A DNA stretch of 64,000 nucleotides, taken from assembly GCA_021399345.1 (NCBI GenBank), contig JAAFKI010000182.1, forward strand, positions 1 through 64,000, given 5' to 3'. The notes under the pieces were generated by a model. It had not been told where the DNA came from. It did not search any database and worked only from the letters and a program-made list of their open reading frames with translations. The DNA is from Candidatus Heimdallarchaeota archaeon (GTDB lineage: Archaea > Asgardarchaeota > Heimdallarchaeia > Heimdallarchaeales > Heimdallarchaeaceae). The position numbers were made by a program, and so were the translations under genes. This document shows, piece by piece, positions 21,677-32,281 of the stretch. Position 1 is the stretch's first letter. Every line of letters starts with the position of its first letter.

Positions 21677-22492
21677 TTATTTGAGATTATAGCTAAATAT
21701 ATTTGTGTCGTAATTTTCATTTTTCAAATTAGATTTGAAACGATACACCTTTCTCTTTATCTTTTCTTCCTCTTCATTTGTTATATTTTCAAGATACTTC
21801 CATAACAGAGTTTGTTCATCTTTTTTCTTAAAATAGTCCGCAATTAATGAACCTACAACTACAGCTGCTGACTGTGTTACTTCAATTTTAGGAATAGATT
21901 TTGAATGAACTAAATCATACCCTTTAATCTCCATGGCACTCAGTTTTTCCAGATGTTGAGGATATATTGACATCATATGATTAATTATCTGACAATATTG
22001 ATCCTTTAGTCGTAGTGTATACCCTAACTTCCTTATTTTGGATATGTAACCCTTCTGTATTAATTCAATCTGAATTTTTTTCATTTCATTATAGCTAAAT
22101 GATTTTCCTCCGCTTAAACCCTGCATATTTTCCCTAAGAATGTTAAAATGAGATTGAGATAATTTATCATAGGCAGATGCTAACAGGTTATCAAGAATTG
22201 CAAGAAAGTTAACTGTTATCTGATTTCTTGTGAAGTGTTTGCTATTATTTAATTTCTTAACAATCAATAATAATTGAAGGTTCTCAAATTGAGTTACGGC
22301 CTGAATAAGAAACTCTCTAGGAACATGTTCTTGGAGAACTTCAATCATCTCATCAATACATATTTGTACTTTCTCTTCCTGCTTTTCAAGTGATCGAAGA
22401 AACTTCTCTTTTGAATCTATTTCTACGTCAATTAGTGAAGATATCAAATCTTTTTTCAATTCTTTAGTATCTCCTCTAATGACTTCGGTCAT
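21677..22492 (-). CDS. hypothetical protein
   Basis: 271-aa ORF filling the gap, ATG start, no recognised motif. Confidence 0.6.
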   Translation of the reverse strand: MTEVIRGDTKELKKDLISSLIDVEIDSKEKFLRSLEKQEEKVQICIDEMIEVLQEHVPREFLIQAVTQFENLQLLLIVKKLNNSKHFTRNQITVNFLAILDNLLASAYDKLSQSHFNILRENMQGLSGGKSFSYNEMKKIQIELIQKGYISKIRKLGYTLRLKDQYCQIINHMMSIYPQHLEKLSAMEIKGYDLVHSKSIPKIEVTQSAAVVVGSLIADYFKKKDEQTLLWKYLENITNEEEEKIKRKVYRFKSNLKNENYDTNIFSYNLK

Positions 22493-22669
22493 ATAATATA
22501 ATCTGTACTTTCATTTATATACGCGGAAAAAAATAATAGTGATTTTTAGGAAAAGAGTAAATTGGTATAAAAAGTCGGTTAGATAGTTGTTTACAGATAC
22601 TGATTAGAGAGGGAGTAATTTAGAAAAAAGAAAGAATACGAAAACTAAACCAAGTCTATAAAAAAGAAT

Positions 22670-22705
22670 GAAAAAAGGGTGTGATGAAGGTCAATCACAA
22701 ACCCT
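22670..22705 (-). terminator. hairpin plus U-tract downstream of PLP enzyme gene
   Basis: Minus strand AGGGT-tt-GTGAT-loop-ATCAC-ACCCT followed by TTTTT. Confidence 0.45.
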
Positions 22706-22725
22706 CAGATTTGTGCTCGAAAACT

Positions 22726-24204
22726 TCAAAGTTTCTCTACCTTTTCATTAAAAGATACAATTAACTCGTCTATTGGATTCACTGAATTTTGAATTGATTC
22801 CCAATAATTGGGTTCGTACCACTGAGCATTGAGCTCATCTAGATCTCTGGTTTGTTGTTCAATCCAGGTATAATACTTCAAATGATGAATTCTTTTTCTT
22901 TGTAAGTAATTAAGTTCAAGCATGTTATCTGTTCTTTGCCCTGCAAGATTTGAATGAAAGGTACGTAATGCATCATCGCTAGTAAAAACTCCTTGTCCCT
23001 TGTTCATTTCAAACAATCTTGATTGATAGAGCTCCATTGAATCAGTAAAAACTGTAACAACTACATCTTTGTCAGTTAGTTCGAAATATTTTGCGTATTT
23101 TATAGCCATTAACATGTTAGCTATACTTGATATCCCCAATAAATGCAATTGATCAATTATCTCATCTGATACTCCTTGTTCTCGCAGATACTTATGACCA
23201 GCAGGTTCGTTAAATAGTCTCATGATTTGTTGTGTATCTTTATCATCGATTGCAATTACTAAATCCGTGTTCCTCACATTATGAATCCAGGGGATATGTT
23301 TGTCACCTATACCTTCAATTGTGTGAGCTCCATACCCGTTCATTAACATTGTTGGGCACTGAAGAGCTTCGCCTGCTACAACCTTCATCTGAGGATAGAT
23401 CTTTTTGAGAAAATCACCACATGCAAGGGTTCCTGCTGAACCTGTGGTTAAAACCAAACCATGTAGGTTATCGCCTTTTAATTCTGTGTCTAAGGTTTCT
23501 TTTATTGCATTTCCAGTAACATCATAATGCCACAGATAATTCCCAAACTCATCAAACTGGTTGAAAACAAAGATATTATCTCTAGTTCTCTTTAATTCCC
23601 AAACCTTATCGAAGATTTCCTTAACATTACTCTCACTCCCTGGTGTTTTAATTACTTCTCCTGCAACTGATTTAAGCCATTCAAATCTTTCTGTAGACAT
23701 TTCTTCAGGGAGGATCGCTATAGATTCACAAGAAAGGAGAGTTGAATCATATGCACCACCTCTACAGTAATTTCCAGTACTTGGCCAAACTGCTTGATGT
23801 ATTACAGGATTAAACTGACCAGTTACCAAACGAGGTACTAAGCATCCAAAAGTTGCACCAACTTTGTGTGCACCTGTTGGGAAGTATTTACCTACTAAGG
23901 CTATAATTCGCGCTTCTACTCCTGTTAATTCAGGAGGTAATTCAATATAATTGACACCATCGAAACCTCCTCCTTTAACTATGGGTTCATTTTTCCAGGT
24001 AATTCTAAATAAGTTCCTAGGATGTACATCCCATAGACCTATTTCTTTAAGTTCTTCTAACACTAATGAAGGTACAAGTTTTGGATTTTTTTGTTGAGCG
24101 AAAGTGGGTATTATAATATTTTTTTCTTTAGCTCTTTTGACTGATTCTTCCAAATGTTTGCTGTCAACAGATAAATCTATCATGAGTTTAAACAACAGAT
24201 ACAA
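22726..24204 (-). CDS. PLP-dependent fold-type II enzyme (cysteine/threonine synthase-like)
   Basis: FPTGAHKVG (PLP Lys), PSTGNY, NQF, TGSAGT, IEGIG. Confidence 0.85.
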   Translation of the reverse strand: MYLLFKLMIDLSVDSKHLEESVKRAKEKNIIIPTFAQQKNPKLVPSLVLEELKEIGLWDVHPRNLFRITWKNEPIVKGGGFDGVNYIELPPELTGVEARIIALVGKYFPTGAHKVGATFGCLVPRLVTGQFNPVIHQAVWPSTGNYCRGGAYDSTLLSCESIAILPEEMSTERFEWLKSVAGEVIKTPGSESNVKEIFDKVWELKRTRDNIFVFNQFDEFGNYLWHYDVTGNAIKETLDTELKGDNLHGLVLTTGSAGTLACGDFLKKIYPQMKVVAGEALQCPTMLMNGYGAHTIEGIGDKHIPWIHNVRNTDLVIAIDDKDTQQIMRLFNEPAGHKYLREQGVSDEIIDQLHLLGISSIANMLMAIKYAKYFELTDKDVVVTVFTDSMELYQSRLFEMNKGQGVFTSDDALRTFHSNLAGQRTDNMLELNYLQRKRIHHLKYYTWIEQQTRDLDELNAQWYEPNYWESIQNSVNPIDELIVSFNEKVEKL

Positions 24205-24430
24205 TCTTTTTAATTTTTGGGCATTGTACTCTTCTTCAAAATTTCCGAGAAAAAGAAGTTAGATTCTTAATTGTCTCGGTAAAGTTAACCTGGTAAATAC
24301 TATACTTACAGGTAAGCTCAAGATAAGAGGTTTAAAATGTATTATCAAACTCACTAAATTCTTCGAATTATTAAGATAAAAACTTCCTCTTTCCCAATTC
24401 TTTATTTATAAGCTAAAAAAACCATACTCT

Positions 24431-25330
24431 ATGGTCAGTCTTAGAGCTAAATTTTTCATAAAAATAATGAAATTGATGTCTCTGAAAGAAGAGGGTGTTT
24501 TAGATATTGAGAAACAGCGTAAAGATCTTGAGAATAATGTGTTTTTATTTAAGAAACCGAGAAAAATGAAGGTTCGAAGTCTGGAAATAAATGGAATTTC
24601 AGCTGAATGGTTACATCAGAAAGACCAAATCGAAGATAGAGCAATTTTATATTTGCATGGTGGATCATATAATGCTGGATCTCTGAATACCCATAGAAGT
24701 CTCGCTGCTAGAATTGGTAAAGTATCAAGTTCTCCTGTCTTGTCAATTGATTATCGTCTTGCTCCAGAAAATCCCTTTCCAGCAGCTTTGGAAGATGCGG
24801 TGTCAGCTTATATTTGGTTAATTGAGCATAAAAATATTAAACCAAATAAAATAGCTATTGCAGGAGACTCTGCAGGAGGGGGATTGACATTATCAACTTT
24901 GCTTAAACTGCGTGAAGAAGAAAAAACTCTACCAGCTTGTGCAATTGGTTTATCACCTTGGACTGACTTGGCGTTAACTGGAGATTCAATTAAAACTAAA
25001 GCAGATGTTGACATTATGCTTACTGAAAATGAAGGAGAACAATCTGCCGAACTATATTTGAAAGATATAGATCGGAAACATCCATTAGCCTCTTCTCTCT
25101 ATGCAGATTTGAAAGGTTTACCTCCTCTGCTCATTCAAACTGGTACAGCTGAAATTATACTCGATGATTCAACTCGCTTTGCAGAAAAAGCTGAAAAAGA
25201 TGGTGTTAAAGTTATACTAGATTTATGGCCTGGTATGTTTCATGTTTTTCAGATTTTCGGTAATCTAATGCCTGAGAGTAAAAAGGCTTTAGAAAAAATA
25301 GGGGATTTCATAAAAGAAACAATGCAATAA
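24431..25330 (+). CDS. HSL-family alpha/beta hydrolase (esterase)
   Basis: YLHGG, DYRLAPENPFPAA, GDSAGG nucleophile, SPW, HVF. Confidence 0.93.
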   Translation: MVSLRAKFFIKIMKLMSLKEEGVLDIEKQRKDLENNVFLFKKPRKMKVRSLEINGISAEWLHQKDQIEDRAILYLHGGSYNAGSLNTHRSLAARIGKVSSSPVLSIDYRLAPENPFPAALEDAVSAYIWLIEHKNIKPNKIAIAGDSAGGGLTLSTLLKLREEEKTLPACAIGLSPWTDLALTGDSIKTKADVDIMLTENEGEQSAELYLKDIDRKHPLASSLYADLKGLPPLLIQTGTAEIILDDSTRFAEKAEKDGVKVILDLWPGMFHVFQIFGNLMPESKKALEKIGDFIKETMQ

Positions 25331-25361
25331 GAACTAATATGAGATTTCGAATTTCTTTTAT

Positions 25362-26462
25362 TTGAATGAAATAATGATGCTTATGGAAAGGCAATCTATA
25401 TCTGGTATAGATTTATCAGAAAGGTTCTATTATGAAGTAGTAAAGAGTATGGTGGAAACTGAATTTCCTGATTTAAAGTATGCTGCAGCTTTAGTTGGAC
25501 AAGGATCTGAAGTTATAGGTTTGGATGACGAAATCTCTAAAGATCATGATTGGGGATTAAGATTATTTCTATTTATTGAGGAATCAAAATATAATTCTCT
25601 TAATGAAATCTTGATTGATATGTTCAGTGAAAGATTACCTTATTCTTTTCTTGGATATTCAACTAATTGGGTTTTTAATGAAGATAAAACCATGAGACCC
25701 GCCTTTATAGAAGAAGGGAAAGTACGACATCGAATTGAAATCTATTCCGTGACTTCATATCTCAAGAAAATCTTGGTTCTTGATTCTCTAGAACTCTCAG
25801 AAAAGGATTGGTTAGTTTTACCAGAACAGAAATTACTTGAGTTTACATCTGGAAAAATCTTTTTTGATAACCTAGGAGAATTAACGGTAGCTAGATCAAA
25901 ACTTAGTTATTTCCCTGATAATGTCTGGAAATACAAAATTCTTTCACAATGGAATCGTATCTCACAAGAAATCGCTTTTGTTGGGAGAACAAGATTACTT
26001 GGTGATGAGCTAGGAACAAGAATTGAAGCTTCTAGATTGGTGAGATTGCTTATAGAAATGGCCTTTATTCTAAAGAGAAGATTTGTACCATACTCTAAAT
26101 GGTTAACAACTGTCTTTCAACAGCTACCAATTGCGAAGAAATTGTATCCATTATTATTGGATATTATGAAGGAAACTGAAGGTGAAAACAGAGAACAAAA
26201 ACTGTGTGAAGCCTATTTACTAATCTTAGAAGAACAAAACAAACTGAAAATTTCACCTGAGATTGAAGGTGAAATAAAACCGTTCCATACTAGACCCATA
26301 ATGATAATCAATGTTGATGATATAATTACTGAGTTGGAGAAGATAATTGAAACTCCTTTGAAGGATCTGAAACAAATAGGTTCGATTGATCAATTTGTAG
26401 ACTGTACAGATATACAAAGTAACTCTGAACTAGCAAAAAATACTAAGGGATTTTTTGATTGA
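25362..26462 (+). CDS. DUF4037-family nucleotidyltransferase-like protein
   Basis: GQGSEVIGLDDEISKDHDWG, PYSKW, GSIDQFVDCTD. Confidence 0.8.
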   Translation: MNEIMMLMERQSISGIDLSERFYYEVVKSMVETEFPDLKYAAALVGQGSEVIGLDDEISKDHDWGLRLFLFIEESKYNSLNEILIDMFSERLPYSFLGYSTNWVFNEDKTMRPAFIEEGKVRHRIEIYSVTSYLKKILVLDSLELSEKDWLVLPEQKLLEFTSGKIFFDNLGELTVARSKLSYFPDNVWKYKILSQWNRISQEIAFVGRTRLLGDELGTRIEASRLVRLLIEMAFILKRRFVPYSKWLTTVFQQLPIAKKLYPLLLDIMKETEGENREQKLCEAYLLILEEQNKLKISPEIEGEIKPFHTRPIMIINVDDIITELEKIIETPLKDLKQIGSIDQFVDCTDIQSNSELAKNTKGFFD

Positions 26463-27935
26463 TTATTTCAGAATCCCTATACGTACATTTTCAAATCTGG
26501 TAGGTGCAATTCCATGACCTACATAAGCGGCTTGCCCAGGTTCCCCTTTACCACAATTTGGTGTACCAAATGTCTTCCAGTGCTTCTTACTACATATTCC
26601 ACTGACGCCTCCCCAGAATTCTGGTGTAATTCCCTCGTAAGTTGGATTTTTAATCATCTCTGTCATTTCTCCGTTTTCTATTCTCCAACCTATTTCTGTT
26701 CCGAACTGGAAATTCATTCTTATATCATCAATACTCCAGCTTCTATTGGTATCTAAGAAATAACCATCTTTTGTATCTGCTATAAGTTCATCAAAGTCCC
26801 AATCTCCTGGTTCTAGATTGACATTAGTCATACGTACAAGAGGTATTCGATCATGTCCCATAGATCTGGCAGCTCCAGAACTTCTATCTTGACCAATTGC
26901 TTTAGCAGTTTCTCTTGAAGACATGAAGTCAACAAATATTCCTTTGTCAACCATAATTGTGCGTTGTGCCTTTACTCCCTCATGATCATAGTAGAAAGTA
27001 CCTAAACTACCCGGAATAGTTGCATCAGCTACCATAGTCACTAATTCATTTCCATATTTGAAGTTGGTTCCGATGAGTTCTGGTACAAGAAAGCTTGTAC
27101 CAGCATAAGCTGCCTCATACCCTATAGCTCTATCGAGTTCAGTTGGATGACCACAACTCTCATGCACTTGTAGTGCTAATTGTGAATGTCCCAGGATAAT
27201 TGTTGATTCACCACTTGGCATTTTCTTTGCATTCAGCAATTGTATTGCTTCTTTTGCAGTTTGTTCTGAAACATCTACAAGATTTAATCCATCAAAATAT
27301 TCATAACCTTCTGTATGGAAATCTCCTCTAAAACTTGCTGGAAGACTTCTTGTTTGAGATTCACTTCCTTCTACTGCAGTAGAAGCTACTCCTCCTCCGC
27401 ACCAGATTATTGTTTGATCTATTTTTGATCCTTCTGTTGTGTGGAGTACCATATTGTCTTTTCTACCAACGTAATGACTTGATGCAACTTTGATTGTTTC
27501 AGAATAATCCTTGGCTCTAATTGAGCTTTCCTCAAGTATTTCTATCTTGTCTCTTAATTCTACATCAAAAGGATCTCGCTTTACTGGAGTTTTAACCTTA
27601 TCTTCATAAACAGGTTCATCTGCAAGAACAATATCAAATTTCTTTACCAAGGATGAAGCCTTAGCAATTTTTACTGCTAATGCAACCAAATCAGTAACTT
27701 TTTCTCTAGTTAGTTCATTTGAACTAGCAAAACCCCAGCTTTTGTTTACAATGCAGCGGATACCAATGCCTTTCTTATCAATTCGATCCAATCTATCAAG
27801 CGTTTTATTCTTGAAGGTAATATTTTCCATCAGAGTATGCATATATTTAACATCAGCATATTCCACTCTCTTTTCGTTGCAGCATTTAATTCCGTATGCA
27901 ACTAAATCGGCAATATTATCAGCAGAGTCTCGCAT
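26463..27935 (-). CDS. tldD: TldD metalloprotease
   Basis: HESCGHPTELDR, RMTN, C-terminal CGKGEP. Confidence 0.93.
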   Translation of the reverse strand: MRDSADNIADLVAYGIKCCNEKRVEYADVKYMHTLMENITFKNKTLDRLDRIDKKGIGIRCIVNKSWGFASSNELTREKVTDLVALAVKIAKASSLVKKFDIVLADEPVYEDKVKTPVKRDPFDVELRDKIEILEESSIRAKDYSETIKVASSHYVGRKDNMVLHTTEGSKIDQTIIWCGGGVASTAVEGSESQTRSLPASFRGDFHTEGYEYFDGLNLVDVSEQTAKEAIQLLNAKKMPSGESTIILGHSQLALQVHESCGHPTELDRAIGYEAAYAGTSFLVPELIGTNFKYGNELVTMVADATIPGSLGTFYYDHEGVKAQRTIMVDKGIFVDFMSSRETAKAIGQDRSSGAARSMGHDRIPLVRMTNVNLEPGDWDFDELIADTKDGYFLDTNRSWSIDDIRMNFQFGTEIGWRIENGEMTEMIKNPTYEGITPEFWGGVSGICSKKHWKTFGTPNCGKGEPGQAAYVGHGIAPTRFENVRIGILK

Positions 27936-28081
27936 AATTTCAAATCTATACTCTTGTTAAAAATCTTTTTCTAAAAAATCAGTCAGAGTCCGCAGAATCA
28001 AGAGATTTTATGGTTCAATTTAGTTTTTCAAGAGAATCTATTACTTTTTTCCAAAGAAATGAAGAAGATGTGAAAGTTTTT

Positions 28082-29290
28082 TTACGCAAAATTTTCTATC
28101 AAAACCTCATATATTATATTTGCATAATCAATTACTTCTTGTTTCTCAGTGTATTCATCAGTTACATGTAATTGATCAAACTTCCCTGGCCCCATAATTA
28201 CGAAAGGTGTATTATATTCAGGAACTAGCATCGCTCCGTCAGTTCCATAATTTACTCCAATAATATTCTTTTTACCTACTGATATAGCTTTTTTCCTCAT
28301 GGCTTCAAAAAATTGATTTTTTTCTGTTAGTTCAATTGCAGGAATTTCATGCATAATTTCAATTTCAGCTTGTGCCTTATTACCTCTATTGAAAGCTTTC
28401 ACTAAATTTTCTAATCCACTTTTTACACTCTCTCTTAAACTATCAGCTACTAATCTATAATCACATCTGAATTCACAGTATTCTGGAACCACATTGATTA
28501 GAGTTCCACCTGATATTTTTCCAATATTCAAAGTTGATTTTCCGAGAATTTCGTGTTCATATTCGGGAATAATTTCTTTCATTTTTTGGATTAATTGTGC
28601 TGCAGCCTCAATTGCATTAATTCCTAGATGAGGAGTAGAACCATGTGCAGATTCTCCCTTTACCTTAATTTTAACCCACAAAGTCCCTTTTTCAGCTATT
28701 CCGACCTGTAATTCTGTTGGCTCACCTATTATAAGGAAAGAACATCCCTCCATAATTCCACTATCTTTTGCTACTAGAGCACCGTCCATTCCTATTTCTT
28801 CGTCAGCAGTCCCAAGAAAGATGATTTTTTGATTTAGTTTTACTTGATTCTCTTTTAATTTCTTCATAACAGCAACGAAAGCAGCTACTGCACCCTTCAT
28901 ATCTGTAGATCCCCTGCCATAAATTCTTCCTTCATGTTCTTTTGCTTCAAAAGGAGGAAATCCCCATTTTTTTTCATCACCCGCAGGCACTGTATCTAAA
29001 TGGCCTGACAAGATGATAGTATCTTTCCCTTCACCAAATTCTGTGATGATGTTAGCTTTTCCTTCAGAATATTCTTGGATTCGACTTTCAATCCCAACTT
29101 CTTGAAATTCTTTTACTAGATAATTAGCAGCTTCTATTGTTTTCCCTGGAGGATTTTCTGTTTTTATTTGTACTAATTTTTTTAAAATAGGTATAACGTC
29201 ACTTTCTGATATGTTCATCTTACTCATGAAATCTATTTTAATACATGTTTTTAATTTTTCACCTTTGGTAACAAACAGCTGTATTTTCAT
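28082..29290 (-). CDS. M20 metallopeptidase (ArgE/DapE family)
   Basis: SGHLDTVP, GRGSTDMKG, DEE, GEPT, HGS, TDG, GPG...H..DE; real start probably near 29217-29227. Confidence 0.92.
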   Translation of the reverse strand: MKIQLFVTKGEKLKTCIKIDFMSKMNISESDVIPILKKLVQIKTENPPGKTIEAANYLVKEFQEVGIESRIQEYSEGKANIITEFGEGKDTIILSGHLDTVPAGDEKKWGFPPFEAKEHEGRIYGRGSTDMKGAVAAFVAVMKKLKENQVKLNQKIIFLGTADEEIGMDGALVAKDSGIMEGCSFLIIGEPTELQVGIAEKGTLWVKIKVKGESAHGSTPHLGINAIEAAAQLIQKMKEIIPEYEHEILGKSTLNIGKISGGTLINVVPEYCEFRCDYRLVADSLRESVKSGLENLVKAFNRGNKAQAEIEIMHEIPAIELTEKNQFFEAMRKKAISVGKKNIIGVNYGTDGAMLVPEYNTPFVIMGPGKFDQLHVTDEYTEKQEVIDYANIIYEVLIENFA

Positions 29291-29337
29291 AGATACTTTA
29301 GCAATGTTTAGATAGATTATTACAATATAATAATTGT

Positions 29338-30327
29338 ATGGATGAACAAGAAGAAATTAGAGACTATCTATCTGAATCCTCCAGAAGAATGGTTTTATCA
29401 CAGATTATTTCCTATTCAAAAGCAGTATCTGCATCAGAACTATTAGATAACTTACCTATAAAAAACAGGAGTACTTTGTATAACATCTTAGATAGATTAA
29501 CCGAATTAAACCTAATAACAAGAAGAGAGGTTAAATTTGGGGGCTCAAACAGAGTATTCTATTCTCCAAACCATGAACTCATTTCAGGTGATTATTTTAG
29601 AAACCTGTTGCTAGAGTTTAAAGATCTTGAAAGACCATCAATATTGACTTTAGATTTTAAATATACATGGGAAGATTTTCCTGAATGCTTAATTACCGGA
29701 AATTCACTTCGATTAGCCATTGTTTTTGGATCTTGGATGACTGAAGCTGCAAATACTATTGATGCACTCAATGTTCCTGAAATATCTCAGACACTGTCTT
29801 ATTGGGCTTACAGAAACAAGAAAATACCTCTTGATAATATTATAATTGATTCTTTACTAGACTATCAAACAGGACATGCAAAGAATGAGAATATGTTGGT
29901 AATAGGTTCGGGAGCTGTAAATAGAATTACTTCTGAAATTATGAAACTTTATGGAAACAGTTTACCTGTGAAATTTCTAACCCCCTCAAGTAAGAGTATC
30001 TATAGTAAATTAACAGATATTACTTACAGTGAAGAATCACCTGTAGGATTACTTTCAGGGTTACTTGCTCTTTTACCGAATCCCTGGGATAAATCTAAAG
30101 TGATAATTTTATGTGCGGGGTCAAAAAATGTGGGTACTCAAGCTGCATTAAAAGCCCTACTAGACGATATTAAAGCAGCAATATCAATGGACACTAAAGT
30201 TATATCAAACCATAGTAAGTTTCCTAAAATTCCTGTAAGAGTTATTAAAGCAGAAGGTGAAGACCTTCTAACAAAAATGATTCAACAAAAAAGTCCTAAA
30301 ATTCAACAATATAGTTTTGTGGAATGA
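29338..30327 (+). CDS. wHTH-domain putative transcription regulator with alpha/beta C-terminal domain
   Basis: N-terminal SASEL...RSTLYNILDRL..LNLI wHTH; C-terminal NMLVIGSGAVNRIT...LPNPW...AG...GTQAA. Confidence 0.65.
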   Translation: MDEQEEIRDYLSESSRRMVLSQIISYSKAVSASELLDNLPIKNRSTLYNILDRLTELNLITRREVKFGGSNRVFYSPNHELISGDYFRNLLLEFKDLERPSILTLDFKYTWEDFPECLITGNSLRLAIVFGSWMTEAANTIDALNVPEISQTLSYWAYRNKKIPLDNIIIDSLLDYQTGHAKNENMLVIGSGAVNRITSEIMKLYGNSLPVKFLTPSSKSIYSKLTDITYSEESPVGLLSGLLALLPNPWDKSKVIILCAGSKNVGTQAALKALLDDIKAAISMDTKVISNHSKFPKIPVRVIKAEGEDLLTKMIQQKSPKIQQYSFVE

Positions 30328-30368
30328 AGCTCTATTCCTCCCTTACTCTTCCTAAGAGTCTTATTACA

Positions 30369-31988
30369 CTAAGATACATTGTTTTTGTCTATTGTCAGTG
30401 CTTTGAAATTTTTTGGTCTGAATATTGTATAAATAATCATCCCAATCGCAATCAATACAGATGCAATGTAAAAGGTTATTCTATATGCATATGAATCAGT
30501 ATTTCCTGAACCTATCAAAATAGTGGTGATTGGTCTGGAAATGAAGGCCATTAAAACAGCTAAACCAACGGTAAATATACCAACAGATGAAAAGAAAATT
30601 GGTTTTCCTCTTTGCTTCAATTTCATCATTTTATCTACGAGCAAATAGAAAAGAATACCTAAAATAATTAGACTAATGATGGTATAGAACATGATAATAG
30701 CAAAGTTTGAATTAACTAAAGCGTCTGCAATGGGTCCTGTTAGCATTGTACCTCCCATACCCCACGAAAGATAGAAAGCAGCATTATAATATCCCATCAT
30801 TCTTCCTCGCTTTTCAACTGGAACAACTCGGTTTACCATTGAGTATGCTGTTGTTTGTATCCAAACTCGTGAAGTACCTTTAAGAGCCATATAAACGAAG
30901 AATATTGTTATTGATGGAACAATAGGTAGAAGGATTGTGCCTATAAATGCAAATAGGAAACCAATGAGAAGCATATTCCCATCACCGAGTTTACGTGTTA
31001 GATAGCCAATTACTAAACCACTAATAATAATAGCAATACTACTCGTATTCCGTAAACCAGCAACAACAGAATCTGAAGCTCTGAAAGTATCTGGAAGTCT
31101 AACATGAATCTGTATCATTTGATTAACACTATTGCCACCAATATTCACAATTGCTAATACTACTATTAGCCAGATGAATAATTTCAAAGGCCAATTTGAA
31201 TTGAGTTTTTTATTCGAATTTTTCTTATCACTAAGAGATAATTGTTCATCTTTTTTATCTATTTTTTGGAAATAATCTTCTTCCAAATCTGCATATGATT
31301 CTGGTATCATAAACAAAGCAGCGATACTAAAAATCATTATACCTGATGAAACATAAAATAAACTACCTGACCAGAAACCAAGGCCATCTTGATACAAGAA
31401 TCCACTCGCTGTTACTCCTAAAACGTTTCCAATTCCACCTACAAATTGTAATAATCCCATTGTTCTACTTCTCTCAGATTCCCTTGTCAGATCGGCAATT
31501 AAAGTAGTCCAACCTAAATTACTACTACTCCAACCAGCTTCGATTATTGTGAAACCGAAAATAATTATGTAGGCTGAAAGCCGTAAAATTCTTGGTATAA
31601 GGTTTGCATCATAAGTAGCTGCAGTATCAATAATTCCTACTAGATCTGTTTGTGAGAATAAAACATCCCCTATATGGCCGATTCCAGCTTTCCCTTTGTT
31701 TACGCTATTGTGAATCCAGAATACAGCTAAATAACCAACAGCGGCAAACACTTCTCCAAAGACAATTAACAGTCTTCTTTTTTTGAATTTATCAGATATT
31801 CTACCCCAAATAGCTGATTGTGCAATTATATTCGCAATCATTGGTAGAGTAGCAAATAGAGTCATTTCTGTATTTGAGACACCTAGAAACTCCTTCAGGT
31901 AAATGCTAAGAAAGAAGTAAAATATGCCTCTTCTGAACATAGCCATTATCTGAAATATAGAAAGACTAGCGAAGTGTTTTTTCTTCAT
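30369..31988 (-). CDS. MFS transporter
   Basis: WGRISDKFKKRR motif A, EKRGRMMG, multiple TM. Confidence 0.88.
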   Translation of the reverse strand: MKKKHFASLSIFQIMAMFRRGIFYFFLSIYLKEFLGVSNTEMTLFATLPMIANIIAQSAIWGRISDKFKKRRLLIVFGEVFAAVGYLAVFWIHNSVNKGKAGIGHIGDVLFSQTDLVGIIDTAATYDANLIPRILRLSAYIIIFGFTIIEAGWSSSNLGWTTLIADLTRESERSRTMGLLQFVGGIGNVLGVTASGFLYQDGLGFWSGSLFYVSSGIMIFSIAALFMIPESYADLEEDYFQKIDKKDEQLSLSDKKNSNKKLNSNWPLKLFIWLIVVLAIVNIGGNSVNQMIQIHVRLPDTFRASDSVVAGLRNTSSIAIIISGLVIGYLTRKLGDGNMLLIGFLFAFIGTILLPIVPSITIFFVYMALKGTSRVWIQTTAYSMVNRVVPVEKRGRMMGYYNAAFYLSWGMGGTMLTGPIADALVNSNFAIIMFYTIISLIILGILFYLLVDKMMKLKQRGKPIFFSSVGIFTVGLAVLMAFISRPITTILIGSGNTDSYAYRITFYIASVLIAIGMIIYTIFRPKNFKALTIDKNNVS

Positions 31989-32281
31989 TTTGTGGTCCTC
32001 TATTATCGTAACAAAGGGTTAATGTCTTTGATTAAAGTCTGTGGAGCAATAATTGATTATTAATGTTGTGCTTGTTAAAATTACTCTTTGAACGAATTTT
32101 TGTACACCTTAAAAATAAATTTGAGTACGTAATAAATTTTTTAAATGCATTTATCTTATCTTCCTTGAGGACAATGTTAGGTGAATATGAAACAATTAAA
32201 TAGCGGTTTTTTAATATCACTACTGTTAAGAAGAAAAATAGTCCTCTTGAGCAAAATTAGTAATATTTTACAGGTGATAAT

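Noticed and set aside
22681-22720. GTGATGA box C-like motif
   Set aside because: No CTGA box D; better explained as part of a terminator-like hairpin on the other strand
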